The notes beneath the pieces are model-generated. The model was not told the origin of the DNA and ran no database searches. It saw only the letters and a program-made list of their open reading frames with translations. The translations under genes and the position numbers were made by a program. 64,000 nt of DNA from Candidatus Heimdallarchaeum aukensis (GTDB lineage Archaea; Asgardarchaeota; Heimdallarchaeia; Heimdallarchaeales; Heimdallarchaeaceae): NCBI GenBank assembly GCA_021513695.1, contig CP084166.1:1792001-1856000 (forward strand), written 5' to 3'. Below are positions 10,049 through 18,782 of the stretch, piece by piece (position 1 is the stretch's first letter; the number at the start of each line of letters is the position of its first letter).

Positions 10049-10636
10049 ATGAGTGAAAGTAGTGATGACTTTGAGCAAGAGAAACAAGCGTCTAATATTA
10101 ACATTACTGAACGTCAACGTCAAACTTTAATTGAGGTTGTTGAAGACATTTGTGGAGACGAGGTAAAACAAGTTACGCTTGTTTTACTTAATAGTGATGA
10201 AGAAATCACTGATGAAGAGATCTCTGAGAAATTAGATATGCGTTTAAATCTTGTTCGTAAATCATTATACAAACTATACGACCTCCAATTAGCGAGTTTT
10301 AGACGTATTAGAGATAAAAATACTGGCTGGTTCGTTTATTTTTGGACACTTCATCCTGAAAGAATTGACATTTTTGTTCAAAAGAAGCAGCAAGAGGTTC
10401 TTGAAAAACTTCAATCACGCTTAGAATATGAAGAATCTAATATGTTCTTTAAGTGCAGCACTGCAGAGTGTCCTCGCTTCACATTTCAAGAAGCTATGGA
10501 TGCAAATTTCATTTGTCCAAAATGTGGAGGAAGATTGGAAGCTTTTGATAATGAACAAATTAAAAAAGTATTAAAGAATAAGATTGACGAACTAAAGAAA
10601 ATCCAAAAGAAGACTGAAAAAATAGTTGGTGCATAA
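10049..10636 (+). CDS. tfe: Transcription factor E (TFIIE-alpha homolog)
   Basis: 195 aa. Acidic N-terminus, winged helix ('ISEKLDMRLNLVRKSLYKLYD'), C-terminal zinc ribbon 'CSTAECPRFTF...FICPKCGGRL'. Confidence 0.7.
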   Translation: MSESSDDFEQEKQASNINITERQRQTLIEVVEDICGDEVKQVTLVLLNSDEEITDEEISEKLDMRLNLVRKSLYKLYDLQLASFRRIRDKNTGWFVYFWTLHPERIDIFVQKKQQEVLEKLQSRLEYEESNMFFKCSTAECPRFTFQEAMDANFICPKCGGRLEAFDNEQIKKVLKNKIDELKKIQKKTEKIVGA

Positions 10637-10662
10637 GTTTATTTTTCGTCTATATTTTCATT
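10637..10662. terminator. T/A-rich convergent terminator region between tfe (+) and atpD (-)
   Basis: 'gtttatttttcgtctatattttc' separates the two convergent stops. It reads T-rich on the plus strand and contains A-runs for the minus-strand gene. Confidence 0.2.
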
Positions 10663-10664
10663 AA

Positions 10665-11318
10665 CTATTGTTTTTTTGCTTCAAGGATATCTTTGACTCT
10701 TTTTAATCGAGAGAATGTTTCTCTTTCTTGTTCCTCTAAAGAACTTGCAATAAATATAGCAATTGCTTTTAGTTTAGGGATTAATATATAATTAAGAGCA
10801 TTTACCCTTCTTTTTGTTTTATTAATTTCAGAAGCTATTTTTTCTAGTAAAGTCATTTTTTCTGCAATAACCATTAATGTTTTCAAAGATTTTCGAAAAT
10901 ATGTTATTGCGAGATCAAGCTGTGCACTTGAATTTGCTAACCCATAGAAAACTTTCTCTTCTTCTGCTTCTTTAACTTCAGTAACAATAAACCTTGGTGC
11001 TTTTACACCCATTATGCTTGTTGTTAGAGTTTGAAGTTGTAGAATTTCAGGTGCATATTGTGCAAAATCTCTAATTTTGTCTGGTCCGATCATCATTTCA
11101 GCTTTGGCTAAAGCTTTATATGCTTGAAGGAGCTCCTCTTCAATTTGCTTTTTTGCTGCTCTAACTTCATCCTTAATTGCATAAAGTTCTAAGACTAAGG
11201 CATCCATTTTCTCTTTTAATAGATCATGACCTTTTTGTGCAAGTTTAATTTTTGCTCTGATATTTAACAGTTCCATACGTGTTGTCTTCACGGTACCAAA
11301 TTCAATATTGGCGCTCAT
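10665..11318 (-). CDS. atpD: A/V-type ATP synthase subunit D
   Basis: 217 aa, coiled-coil. N-terminal 'VKTTRMELLNIRAKIKLAQKGHDLLKEKMDAL' matches the subunit D signature (PTRMEL...GH.LLK.K.DAL). Confidence 0.75.
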   Translation of the reverse strand: MSANIEFGTVKTTRMELLNIRAKIKLAQKGHDLLKEKMDALVLELYAIKDEVRAAKKQIEEELLQAYKALAKAEMMIGPDKIRDFAQYAPEILQLQTLTTSIMGVKAPRFIVTEVKEAEEEKVFYGLANSSAQLDLAITYFRKSLKTLMVIAEKMTLLEKIASEINKTKRRVNALNYILIPKLKAIAIFIASSLEEQERETFSRLKRVKDILEAKKQ

Positions 11319-11595
11319 CTTGAACGTATAAATTTATATTCATTAAAACTTTGTGTTAAATCTCAGTATATATTCTTTTGAAAAATTGTTAAAATGTAAC
11401 GTAATTTAATTTCCTATTAGTACATAAATTAACAGAAACTAATTAAATTACTTTTTTTATAGTTTGGCTATTTTTAGATTAATTTACAAAAAAATAAGTG
11501 TTGTTATTATATTTGACAAAAAATTATTTTCAACAAAAACGAAAGGTATTTTATTTATCCTTTTTTTATAGAGGATAAGGAAAAAATTTGAGGAT

Positions 11596-12204
11596 ATGAC
11601 AATGCTAGAAATATTTGACCGCGAAAAAAACGAAGAGACAATGGTTTTCCCAGGAACAAGGCTTGGTGTAATTGAAGAGTTTTATGCTGGACCTGGAACC
11701 TACACTGATGATGGTTACATCTATGCAGCTATACCTGGAAAAGTTGTAATTGATAAATTAAATTATGAAGTATCAATAATGCAATTAAAGAATAAGAAAC
11801 TAGTTCAACCCGTTGTTGGCTCCATTTGTTTAGGAACCGTTGTTAGTGTATCTAAGCAAATGATCAATATAGCAATTTATTATGTAAATAATGTTGAGGT
11901 TTACCCAACCTATTCTTGTTTATTACATGTTTCTCAGGCCTCAAAGGCCTATCTTGAGACAGCAGATGAAGCTGTTGCTTTAGGAGATGTTGTCAGAGTA
12001 AAGATAATCGATGCTAAGACAATTCCTCTTCAATGCACTATGGTCGATAGTCATCTAGGAGTGGTAATTAGTTATTGCTCTCGTTGCGGGAATAGATTGG
12101 AAAAAATAGGAAGAAACAAATTAAGATGCAATGAATGTGGAAATATTGAAAATAGAAAAACAGCTATTGATTACGGACACAGTGCTTTACAATTTAAATT
12201 ATAG
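11596..12204 (+). CDS. csl4: Exosome complex RNA-binding subunit Csl4 (N-terminal domain, S1 domain, C-terminal zinc ribbon)
   Basis: 202 aa. Central S1-like region and C-terminal 'CSRCGNRLEKIGRNKLRCNECGN' zinc ribbon. Sits in the csl4/rpoL neighbourhood that is conserved in archaea. Confidence 0.6.
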   Translation: MTMLEIFDREKNEETMVFPGTRLGVIEEFYAGPGTYTDDGYIYAAIPGKVVIDKLNYEVSIMQLKNKKLVQPVVGSICLGTVVSVSKQMINIAIYYVNNVEVYPTYSCLLHVSQASKAYLETADEAVALGDVVRVKIIDAKTIPLQCTMVDSHLGVVISYCSRCGNRLEKIGRNKLRCNECGNIENRKTAIDYGHSALQFKL

Positions 12205-12218
12205 GTTTGTAGTCTGAG

Positions 12219-12950
12219 GTGATTTTATTGGCTAAAACTACAATGAAAGAACTCTCCATTAGTTTTACAGAGAAAGATAAGTTAACGCAATTCATAGACT
12301 TACTTTCTGATGCACCTACTGGAGTTGATCTTGTTCTTCAATACAAATTGGGGAGTATAAAAATCCGTTTATTTGGTGAAAAAGACGATGTTTCTGAATC
12401 TATTTCAAAAATAAAATCATTTAGTAAGATGTATCTTGAGTCAATAAGAAAGAATGATAAAGGTTTTTATGTTCATCATCTTCCTCTCATTCAACGCACT
12501 ACAAAGAAAATAATTGCTTTAGATACACTTTCAACTATTTTAAATTATGCAGGATTTGAGACTCAACTGGCTGAAAAAAAACTTATTTCAACAGCAAAGA
12601 TGGAAGATGTGCTTGATGTTCTGAACAAATCGTATGATATTTTACCCGAACTAGAAAAAATTAAGGGTAAACCATTAAGAAAGGTACTATTAACGGTTAG
12701 CTTTATTACTAATCAAAGTGTTGACTTTATTATCGACTATGGTCTAGAAAAAGGTTTCTTCAGAGAATATAAAAATAGAATTTTAGTTACACAAGATATC
12801 GAACGTTGTATCTCTGGGTTAATTCAGCATATCCCTCGTGATAAAACTGAAAAAAAACCTAGCATTCTTATTGAAACAAACGATAATGAGTGGACTACAA
12901 TAGGCGACCGTCTCGGAAATAGTTCTTTTGACGTCGATAATGATGATTAA
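12219..12950 (+). CDS. Hypothetical protein conserved between csl4 and rpoL
   Basis: 243 aa with no recognisable catalytic motif. Start is 15 nt after the csl4 stop on the same strand, inside an RNA-processing/transcription neighbourhood. Confidence 0.45.
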   Translation: MILLAKTTMKELSISFTEKDKLTQFIDLLSDAPTGVDLVLQYKLGSIKIRLFGEKDDVSESISKIKSFSKMYLESIRKNDKGFYVHHLPLIQRTTKKIIALDTLSTILNYAGFETQLAEKKLISTAKMEDVLDVLNKSYDILPELEKIKGKPLRKVLLTVSFITNQSVDFIIDYGLEKGFFREYKNRILVTQDIERCISGLIQHIPRDKTEKKPSILIETNDNEWTTIGDRLGNSSFDVDNDD

Positions 12951-13028
12951 AATTCTTATCTTTCAAAGAAAAAATTGAGTTCAAAAACAAACAATTTAAA
13001 AAAAAAGTGTTAATATGCATTTGAGGTT

Positions 13029-13319
13029 GTGTTAATGGAAATAAAAATTCTAAAAAAAGAAGACGGATATGTTAAACTAAACATCAGAGGAACTGACCCC
13101 CATACTTTATTTAATTTACTCCGAGTTCAATTATTAAGTGATCCTGAAGTAGACTTTGCAGGTTATTGGAGAAACGAATCTTTTTATGAAAGTATCATCT
13201 TCCAAGTAAGATTAAAGGATGAATCAAAAGACCCAATTGAAGTGATCAAGCAAGCTTTAGACAATATACGAGAACAAACAGAGGAATTTATTAAGGTGAG
13301 TAAAGAAAAGCTTAGTTAG
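13029..13319 (+). CDS. rpoL: DNA-directed RNA polymerase subunit L (Rpb11 homolog)
   Basis: 96 aa. 'EIKILKKEDGYVKLNIRGTDPHTLFNLLRVQLLSDPEVDFAGY' matches the Rpo11/L pattern (E.D.HTLGNLLR..L..D..V.FAGY). Confidence 0.7.
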   Translation: MLMEIKILKKEDGYVKLNIRGTDPHTLFNLLRVQLLSDPEVDFAGYWRNESFYESIIFQVRLKDESKDPIEVIKQALDNIREQTEEFIKVSKEKLS

Positions 13320-13325
13320 TTTTGG

Positions 13326-13742
13326 GTGTTCTTTTTGGACAATTCTTTTTTAGATAAACAAAATTTAAATGAGATTTTAAACAATAAACACTTGGCTAAA
13401 TTTGGCGATTCTGTTGTAAATTTTGTTTATTCTTATGCACTGTTTAAAGCTTATAATATTCTAACAGGCATTAAAGTATCAGATTATTGTCTTTCAGAAG
13501 CATGTAAAACTTCACCTCTTAGAAATTATGTAGGTACTAGAAAAAAGAAGGGAGAACTAGGCGACGCTGTTGAGGCATTTATTGGCTATATCGTCATTCA
13601 AAATGAATCAAAACTTTTAGAAATTGTTTCGAACCTAGTCCACTTTCTTAAAATGTCAAAAATGGCTCTTAAGCAACCAGAAGACGAGATATGTGTAAAA
13701 GTTTTTTCTTTCTTATTAAACAAACTTTTCAATGAATTGTAA
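13326..13742 (+). CDS. RNase III-domain-like small protein (mini-RNase III-like)
   Basis: 138 aa. 'HLAKFGDSVVNFVYSYALF' resembles the RNase III signature (ERLEFLGDAVL), and 'GELGDAVEAFIGYIV' resembles the second catalytic motif (D..EA.IGA). Confidence 0.4.
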   Translation: MFFLDNSFLDKQNLNEILNNKHLAKFGDSVVNFVYSYALFKAYNILTGIKVSDYCLSEACKTSPLRNYVGTRKKKGELGDAVEAFIGYIVIQNESKLLEIVSNLVHFLKMSKMALKQPEDEICVKVFSFLLNKLFNEL

Positions 13743-13777
13743 TTGGCTTTCTAAAGAAAGAAAGCTGAACAATTTTC

Positions 13778-14362
13778 TCATTCAAGGATATAATCTTTAA
13801 ATGTTTGACCAATTAGATCTGCTATTCTTAGAGATTCTGGTAAAAAACTAGTGAAAGTTGCCTTTTCAATAATCTCTCTAACTTCGTTAATTTCATCGAT
13901 ACCTACATACTGAACAACTGCCTCAAATTCTCTACCAATTTGATTTTTAAACTTTATACTTTTCATTGGAGGATTTGAAAAGAGCGTATTGTAACGTTTT
14001 TCTCCATCTTCCAAATGCATAATTGCTCTTCGAATTTTTTCTTCATCAGGTTTTTTACTTAAAATCGTAATAACAGGAATATCTAATTGTTCATACAAAG
14101 CATTCATATCTATTACATTAAAAGCAGCTATGGTTGAACTAGCTAAAAATATTGTTTTTAACTGTGTGACAAATTTACTTTTTTGTATCATCTTGATTAT
14201 TTTCTCCGTTGCATCTAGACCATCAACTTCTATTTCGCTCCTTAAAATTCCCTCTACAATATCATAGCCACGAGTTATCACTCCGAAAATAAAAGTTTTT
14301 TTGGATCTATTACGATCAAATGCAGCGTCATCAATACCTATTGTACGAATCTTGGTTTTCAC
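13778..14362 (-). CDS. UPF0215/DUF99 family protein
   Basis: 194 aa. N-terminal 'IRTIGIDDAAFDR...FIFGVITRG...VDGLDATEKI' matches the conserved DUF99 block (IGiDDspF...GVv.rG...vDGlDaT). Confidence 0.5.
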   Translation of the reverse strand: MKTKIRTIGIDDAAFDRNRSKKTFIFGVITRGYDIVEGILRSEIEVDGLDATEKIIKMIQKSKFVTQLKTIFLASSTIAAFNVIDMNALYEQLDIPVITILSKKPDEEKIRRAIMHLEDGEKRYNTLFSNPPMKSIKFKNQIGREFEAVVQYVGIDEINEVREIIEKATFTSFLPESLRIADLIGQTFKDYILE

Positions 14363-14412
14363 TTTTTAATTTTTAAAAAAAATGTATAAATATTTATTGT
14401 AAAAAAGGAAAA

Positions 14413-14955
14413 TTAAGTAAATTTTTTTCTGAGAATTGGGACAACGAACAAAGCGAGTAATGAAGTGCCCAAGCATACTGGTGTTTTTTCAGCTGTTGGC
14501 TCATTAACGTCTATTTTAATATAATATGAGTCCGTTGTTGGTTGAACTATATTGTCTAACCCCAAAAAGTCGAGAGAATTGGGAAGGAGAATATTTGTTC
14601 CATTTTCGTAATAAACTATGAAATGATATCCAATTGTTGAACCTGCTTCTTGTGTTACGTAATAGTTTCCAGAAAAAATATCACCATTTTGCTCCATTAG
14701 AACTGGATTCGTATCACAAATAAAATCAGGACTAAGTTGACAGAAAAAGAGCCTTATATAGGATATATCTTCTGAACTATAAGCTTCTATTGTAATAGTA
14801 ACATTTGTTTCTGGAGTAACAAATGAAGGAGTTTCGTTTATTGATTTTATATTGTAATTTTGTCCATAGACATACATTCTAGTTTCTAATGCAATAAAAA
14901 AGAAAAGAATTATGGTAATCATACCAACTAGTTTAACTGATAAGAGTTTTTTCAT
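14413..14955 (-). CDS. Exported protein with N-terminal signal/TM, Cys pair, and C-terminal TM followed by a basic tail
   Basis: 180 aa. N-terminal hydrophobic segment 'LVGMITIILFFFIALE', several N-x-T sequons, 'CQLSPDFIC', C-terminal 'TPVCLGTSLLALFVVPILRKKFT'. Its start is 2 nt downstream of the Trx-DsbD gene on the same strand. Confidence 0.5.
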   Translation of the reverse strand: MKKLLSVKLVGMITIILFFFIALETRMYVYGQNYNIKSINETPSFVTPETNVTITIEAYSSEDISYIRLFFCQLSPDFICDTNPVLMEQNGDIFSGNYYVTQEAGSTIGYHFIVYYENGTNILLPNSLDFLGLDNIVQPTTDSYYIKIDVNEPTAEKTPVCLGTSLLALFVVPILRKKFT

Positions 14956-14956
14956 T

Positions 14957-16285
14957 TCAGCTTAAAAGAAAAAATTCCAATAATAAATATATCCCCACTA
15001 ATATTATTATAACACTAGCTACTTTCTTGATGAGCTCTGTTGCATTTCTTATCTTTTTGAGTAGTGCATCTCGAGAAAGGCTAATAAGGAGCGTAGCAAA
15101 AGCCATGAGAAAAATAATTGTTAATGAAAAAGCTATGTATCCAAAAATTATTTTTGTCACAGATAAAGAAGATATTTGAAGAGCAAACGCAAAGAAAATA
15201 GGTGCGTTACAACCAAGTGATGCTAGTCCATATCCAATGCCATAAAGAAAGGTCTGATTTATTTTTGTTATAGTTTCTCTTTTCTTTCTTTTTTCTCTAT
15301 TTTCATTTATTTTCCTTTGTTTTTTGTTTATCCATTGTTGAATAGAGTTAAATTGTAAAGAAAAGTTTGTAAACATTGAAATTCCAAGTACGATTAAGAG
15401 CCCTCCGATTATAGGAACCAAGTAAGGAACATATTTTTTTATGCTTCCTCCAATAAGTGTGATTAGAACACCCAATATTCCGTAACTAATTAGTATTCCT
15501 ACTCCCCCAACACTACCAATCAATAAGTAAACTGGAGAATTTCCTTTGTGCTCTTCTTTTTCTGTAGCACTTGTTAAAGTGTTACTATCTTGTTCTTCAA
15601 TTGACTGATCGTTTTGTTCTTTTTTCCGTTTTTGATCTTGTCCTATAATATGAGCTAAGTAACTAGGAAGAAGGGGAAAAGCACAAGGAGAGAAAAATGA
15701 AGCTATTCCTGTTAATACAGCAAAACCTATAGTAAATTCACTTCTTGTAGTTATTTCTGTTCCACTTAACTCCCCATTTATTGTTTGTTGCAATACATCT
15801 CGTAATGTATCTTCAGCTATAACTCCTGTATCATGAAATGTGATTATACCTTCTTTACTAATAATAACAAAAGTAGGTAGAGAGATTACACTATAATCGT
15901 CAACCATATTCTCTGAAGCAAAAGCAACATACCAAGAAATATTATATTCTTGTTTATAATTTTCTAATCCTTCCTTTGTAGTAAATGAATCAATTTCAAG
16001 TGTTATTATTGTTATATTTTCATTTATCGATGAATCAGTCCATAAATTGTTTAACACAGGATTCATTTCCTTACATACTGTACAAGTAACACTCATGAAG
16101 TCAAGAAGAAAAACCTTATCACTTTGAGATTCAAAAGAAATAATCTCCCCTTCTAGAGTTTCTACTTGAAAAGATGCAGCTTTTTTGCTTCCAGAACCAG
16201 AATAACGTGTAAAAAAGTAAACTCCAAGCAAAGTACTTAATATTATAAATGTGACTGCTAAAATAATTGCATCTCGTTTTTTCAT
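14957..16285 (-). CDS. Thiol:disulfide oxidoreductase fusion: TlpA/ResA-like periplasmic thioredoxin domain plus CcdA/DsbD-like transmembrane electron-transfer domain
   Basis: 442 aa. N-terminal TM, Trx-fold block containing 'LLDFMSVTCTVCKEM', then a polytopic domain with a conserved Cys in 'FFSPCAFPLLPSYL', typical of the CcdA/DsbD beta domain. Confidence 0.6.
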   Translation of the reverse strand: MKKRDAIILAVTFIILSTLLGVYFFTRYSGSGSKKAASFQVETLEGEIISFESQSDKVFLLDFMSVTCTVCKEMNPVLNNLWTDSSINENITIITLEIDSFTTKEGLENYKQEYNISWYVAFASENMVDDYSVISLPTFVIISKEGIITFHDTGVIAEDTLRDVLQQTINGELSGTEITTRSEFTIGFAVLTGIASFFSPCAFPLLPSYLAHIIGQDQKRKKEQNDQSIEEQDSNTLTSATEKEEHKGNSPVYLLIGSVGGVGILISYGILGVLITLIGGSIKKYVPYLVPIIGGLLIVLGISMFTNFSLQFNSIQQWINKKQRKINENREKRKKRETITKINQTFLYGIGYGLASLGCNAPIFFAFALQISSLSVTKIIFGYIAFSLTIIFLMAFATLLISLSRDALLKKIRNATELIKKVASVIIILVGIYLLLEFFLLS

Positions 16286-16402
16286 ACGGGGGGGAAAATT
16301 GAGACAGTTATAAAATTTTTGAGAAACCTTCCCAAGTAAAAAGAAATCAAATAGTTAGTATGTAAAAAGGATTTAAATTAAGGTTGCTTAAAAAATAGAA
16401 GA

Positions 16403-16741
16403 TCACTCAATATCTATGCCTAGTGCCATTCTTATTAACTCTTGTACTCGATCTTCTTCTGACTCGTATTTAGCTTTTTTTCCTGGTACTTCAACTATTA
16501 CCGGATAAGTTTGTTGCCTAATTTTAGCAATTACATTACTATTTGCTTTAGCTACATCCTCTGTTACTATTAGTATTGCAAGGTCTGGTTGTTCAGCTAG
16601 TTTTCTCAAAATTCGTCCAGCATTTTCAGGTTCCATAGTATATGTTTCTGCTATTCCTGCAAGCTTAAAACCGAGTGAAGTTTCCTCGTCACCAACAGAA
16701 ACAATTTTTTTTCTTTCTACGTTACTACTCATCAAAATCAC
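16403..16741 (-). CDS. atpF: A/V-type ATP synthase subunit F
   Basis: 112 aa. 'KIVSVGDEETSLGFKLAGI...LAILIVTEDVA...' is the typical subunit F pattern (avIGD.dTv.GFrLaGi...igillite.la). Confidence 0.7.
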   Translation of the reverse strand: MILMSSNVERKKIVSVGDEETSLGFKLAGIAETYTMEPENAGRILRKLAEQPDLAILIVTEDVAKANSNVIAKIRQQTYPVIVEVPGKKAKYESEEDRVQELIRMALGIDIE

Positions 16742-16745
16742 TTAT

Positions 16746-17063
16746 TTAATCAAATATTTGCTTTACAATGAGTTCAATAGCTTCTTTCTCAACTTTCTTT
16801 GCTTTTTCTTTTAATTTCATCTGCTTCTTCTCAAATTGATTTAGTAATTCATTGTAGTTTTTTTCAGCTTTGGCTTTAACTTCTTCAGTGATCTTTGATG
16901 CTTCTTCTTTAGCTTTTATTTCTGCCTCACGAATTTTTAAAATTGCTTTTTTCTCTGCTTCATTGATTGCTGACTTTTTTTCTTGTTCTGCTTGCTTCAA
17001 TTTTTGTTGATAGTTTCTTTCAGCTTCCTTTATTTTACGTAATAATTCAATTGACATGATCAT
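16746..17063 (-). CDS. atpH: A/V-type ATP synthase subunit H, a small coiled-coil stator protein
   Basis: 105 aa, almost entirely K/E-rich coiled coil. Lies immediately upstream of atpF on the same strand, as in canonical H...F operon order. Confidence 0.45.
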   Translation of the reverse strand: MIMSIELLRKIKEAERNYQQKLKQAEQEKKSAINEAEKKAILKIREAEIKAKEEASKITEEVKAKAEKNYNELLNQFEKKQMKLKEKAKKVEKEAIELIVKQIFD

Positions 17064-17253
17064 CGTCCGAATTTTTCTTATTCTTAAAATCTTAAAAATT
17101 ATCTACTTAAAATATTTTGTTGTAGCTAACAGACAATAAATTGTCGACAACTACTACTCAAAAAGAAGACTTAAAAATCACTGAAAGAAAACAATTCGTC
17201 AAGAAAAATGGAAGAAATTCTTTAGACGATGATAGTAAGTAGAAGGTGAAAGT

Positions 17254-17559
17254 ATGCGTAAATCACACGGATATAGGCATGGGACACGAAAATTATTTAG
17301 TAAAAAAACAAGAGATAAAGGGATTCGACCTCCAGATTACATATTAACTCCCTATGAGGAAGGAGATATAGTAGATATTATTATTGATCCAAGTTCTCAT
17401 AAAGGAATGCCTCATAGGAGATATCATGGAAAAACAGGAGTTATAAAAAAGAAACAAGGCGAATCTTTTATTGTAGAAATAAAACAAGGGAAAGCTATAA
17501 AAAACATAATAGCAAGAAGAGAACATATTCGAAAGTCACGCTCTCAGATTAAAGTATAA
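17254..17559 (+). CDS. rpl21e: Ribosomal protein L21e
   Basis: 101 aa. 'MRKSHGYRHGTRKLFSKK...GDIVDIIIDPSSHKGMPHRRYHGKTG' is a near-canonical eL21 sequence. Confidence 0.85.
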   Translation: MRKSHGYRHGTRKLFSKKTRDKGIRPPDYILTPYEEGDIVDIIIDPSSHKGMPHRRYHGKTGVIKKKQGESFIVEIKQGKAIKNIIARREHIRKSRSQIKV

Positions 17560-17570
17560 AAGGGATTAGA

Positions 17571-17921
17571 ATGCCAAAGAATGTTTTAAGTAAAAGGCCG
17601 TTAACTATCACTGAAGCAATGGAGATACTTCAAAAAAGAAGCGAAGAAGACGAACTGTCTTACTGGCAACGGGTAGCTTACGAACATGCAATGCAGCATG
17701 CAAGAGTAGATTCTGGAGATTCACGTAAAATCGTTGAAACCCTCATGAATGAATTTGAAATTACAGAATTATCGGCTTTTTCTATAGCAAATGTACTCCC
17801 AACAAGACCTGAAGAATTAAAAGATTTGTTACAAAAAGAACCTAAAATTTTAACTGATTCAGAAATAAAAGCTATCTTTGATTTTCTTCGACCTTTTGTT
17901 CAAAAATACCTTGGAGAATAG
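17571..17921 (+). CDS. rpoF: DNA-directed RNA polymerase subunit F (Rpb4 homolog)
   Basis: 116 aa. Found in the conserved L21e-RpoF-DUF655-KsgA gene order. HRDC-like helical pattern. Confidence 0.7.
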   Translation: MPKNVLSKRPLTITEAMEILQKRSEEDELSYWQRVAYEHAMQHARVDSGDSRKIVETLMNEFEITELSAFSIANVLPTRPEELKDLLQKEPKILTDSEIKAIFDFLRPFVQKYLGE

Positions 17922-18003
17922 ATACAAGAATCGGAATTTAAATCTAAATTTAAAAGCCTTTTTTTAATAATATATGCAAAACTTTTTTTTATAGTATTAC
18001 TTA

Positions 18004-18726
18004 TTGAAGGTGAGACATATGCAATATAATCCAGAACCAAATAAAGAAAAAAGTCAAAACCAAAAAGATAACCCTTTAGATTTTGAATTCGGAAAAATAA
18101 AACATGTTCGTCCACCAAAAAAATCTGAAAGTAAGATATTAGTATTGGATTATCTACCAGAAGGAAAAGGTTTTAGTCAAGCTCCAAGAAAAGAACCAAT
18201 TATTCTTGGCATTGGAACAAAGTGGTTCTCTTTGCTTGAAGTCTCACTTCGTAAGAGAGGAAACTATGCAAAATTCACAGAATTAAAATTGCCTAGACCA
18301 GATGAGGAGAACGGAGATACTCCAATAAAACGAATTTTAAGACAAATATCGATAGATGAACTAACCAATACTGCTTATGAAGCTCTAGATGAAGCTATTT
18401 GTCTAATAATCGGAAAAAATGAAAAAAGGTTTGTTACCTTTTTTAACAAAGCTCAACCCATTACTAATAAATTACATGCTTTAAAATTGATACCAGGTAT
18501 TGGAAAGCAGCTTATGTGGGAAATATTGGAGGAAAGAAAAAAACTCCCATTTGTTTCGTTTAAAGACATTGAAGATAGAGTAAAAGTAACAGATATTTCA
18601 AAAATGATACAAAAAAGGATAAGACAAGAATTAGAAGGAGACGAAAAGCATCTACTTTTTACAGCAAAACTAGAACTTGACAAAAAAAGTGACTATAGGA
18701 AGAGATTTCGAGGACAAAAATATTAA
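18004..18726 (+). CDS. DUF655/COG1491 predicted nucleic-acid-binding protein (OB-like plus HhH)
   Basis: 240 aa. Lies between rpoF and ksgA as in most archaea. 'KILVLDYLPEGKG' plus a helix-hairpin-helix like 'LIPGIGKQLMWEILEER'. Confidence 0.55.
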   Translation: MKVRHMQYNPEPNKEKSQNQKDNPLDFEFGKIKHVRPPKKSESKILVLDYLPEGKGFSQAPRKEPIILGIGTKWFSLLEVSLRKRGNYAKFTELKLPRPDEENGDTPIKRILRQISIDELTNTAYEALDEAICLIIGKNEKRFVTFFNKAQPITNKLHALKLIPGIGKQLMWEILEERKKLPFVSFKDIEDRVKVTDISKMIQKRIRQELEGDEKHLLFTAKLELDKKSDYRKRFRGQKY

Positions 18727-18782
18727 GATTTTTTTAATTCTCCTTACAAAACTTTTATTTTATAAAAATTTAAGAAATTATT

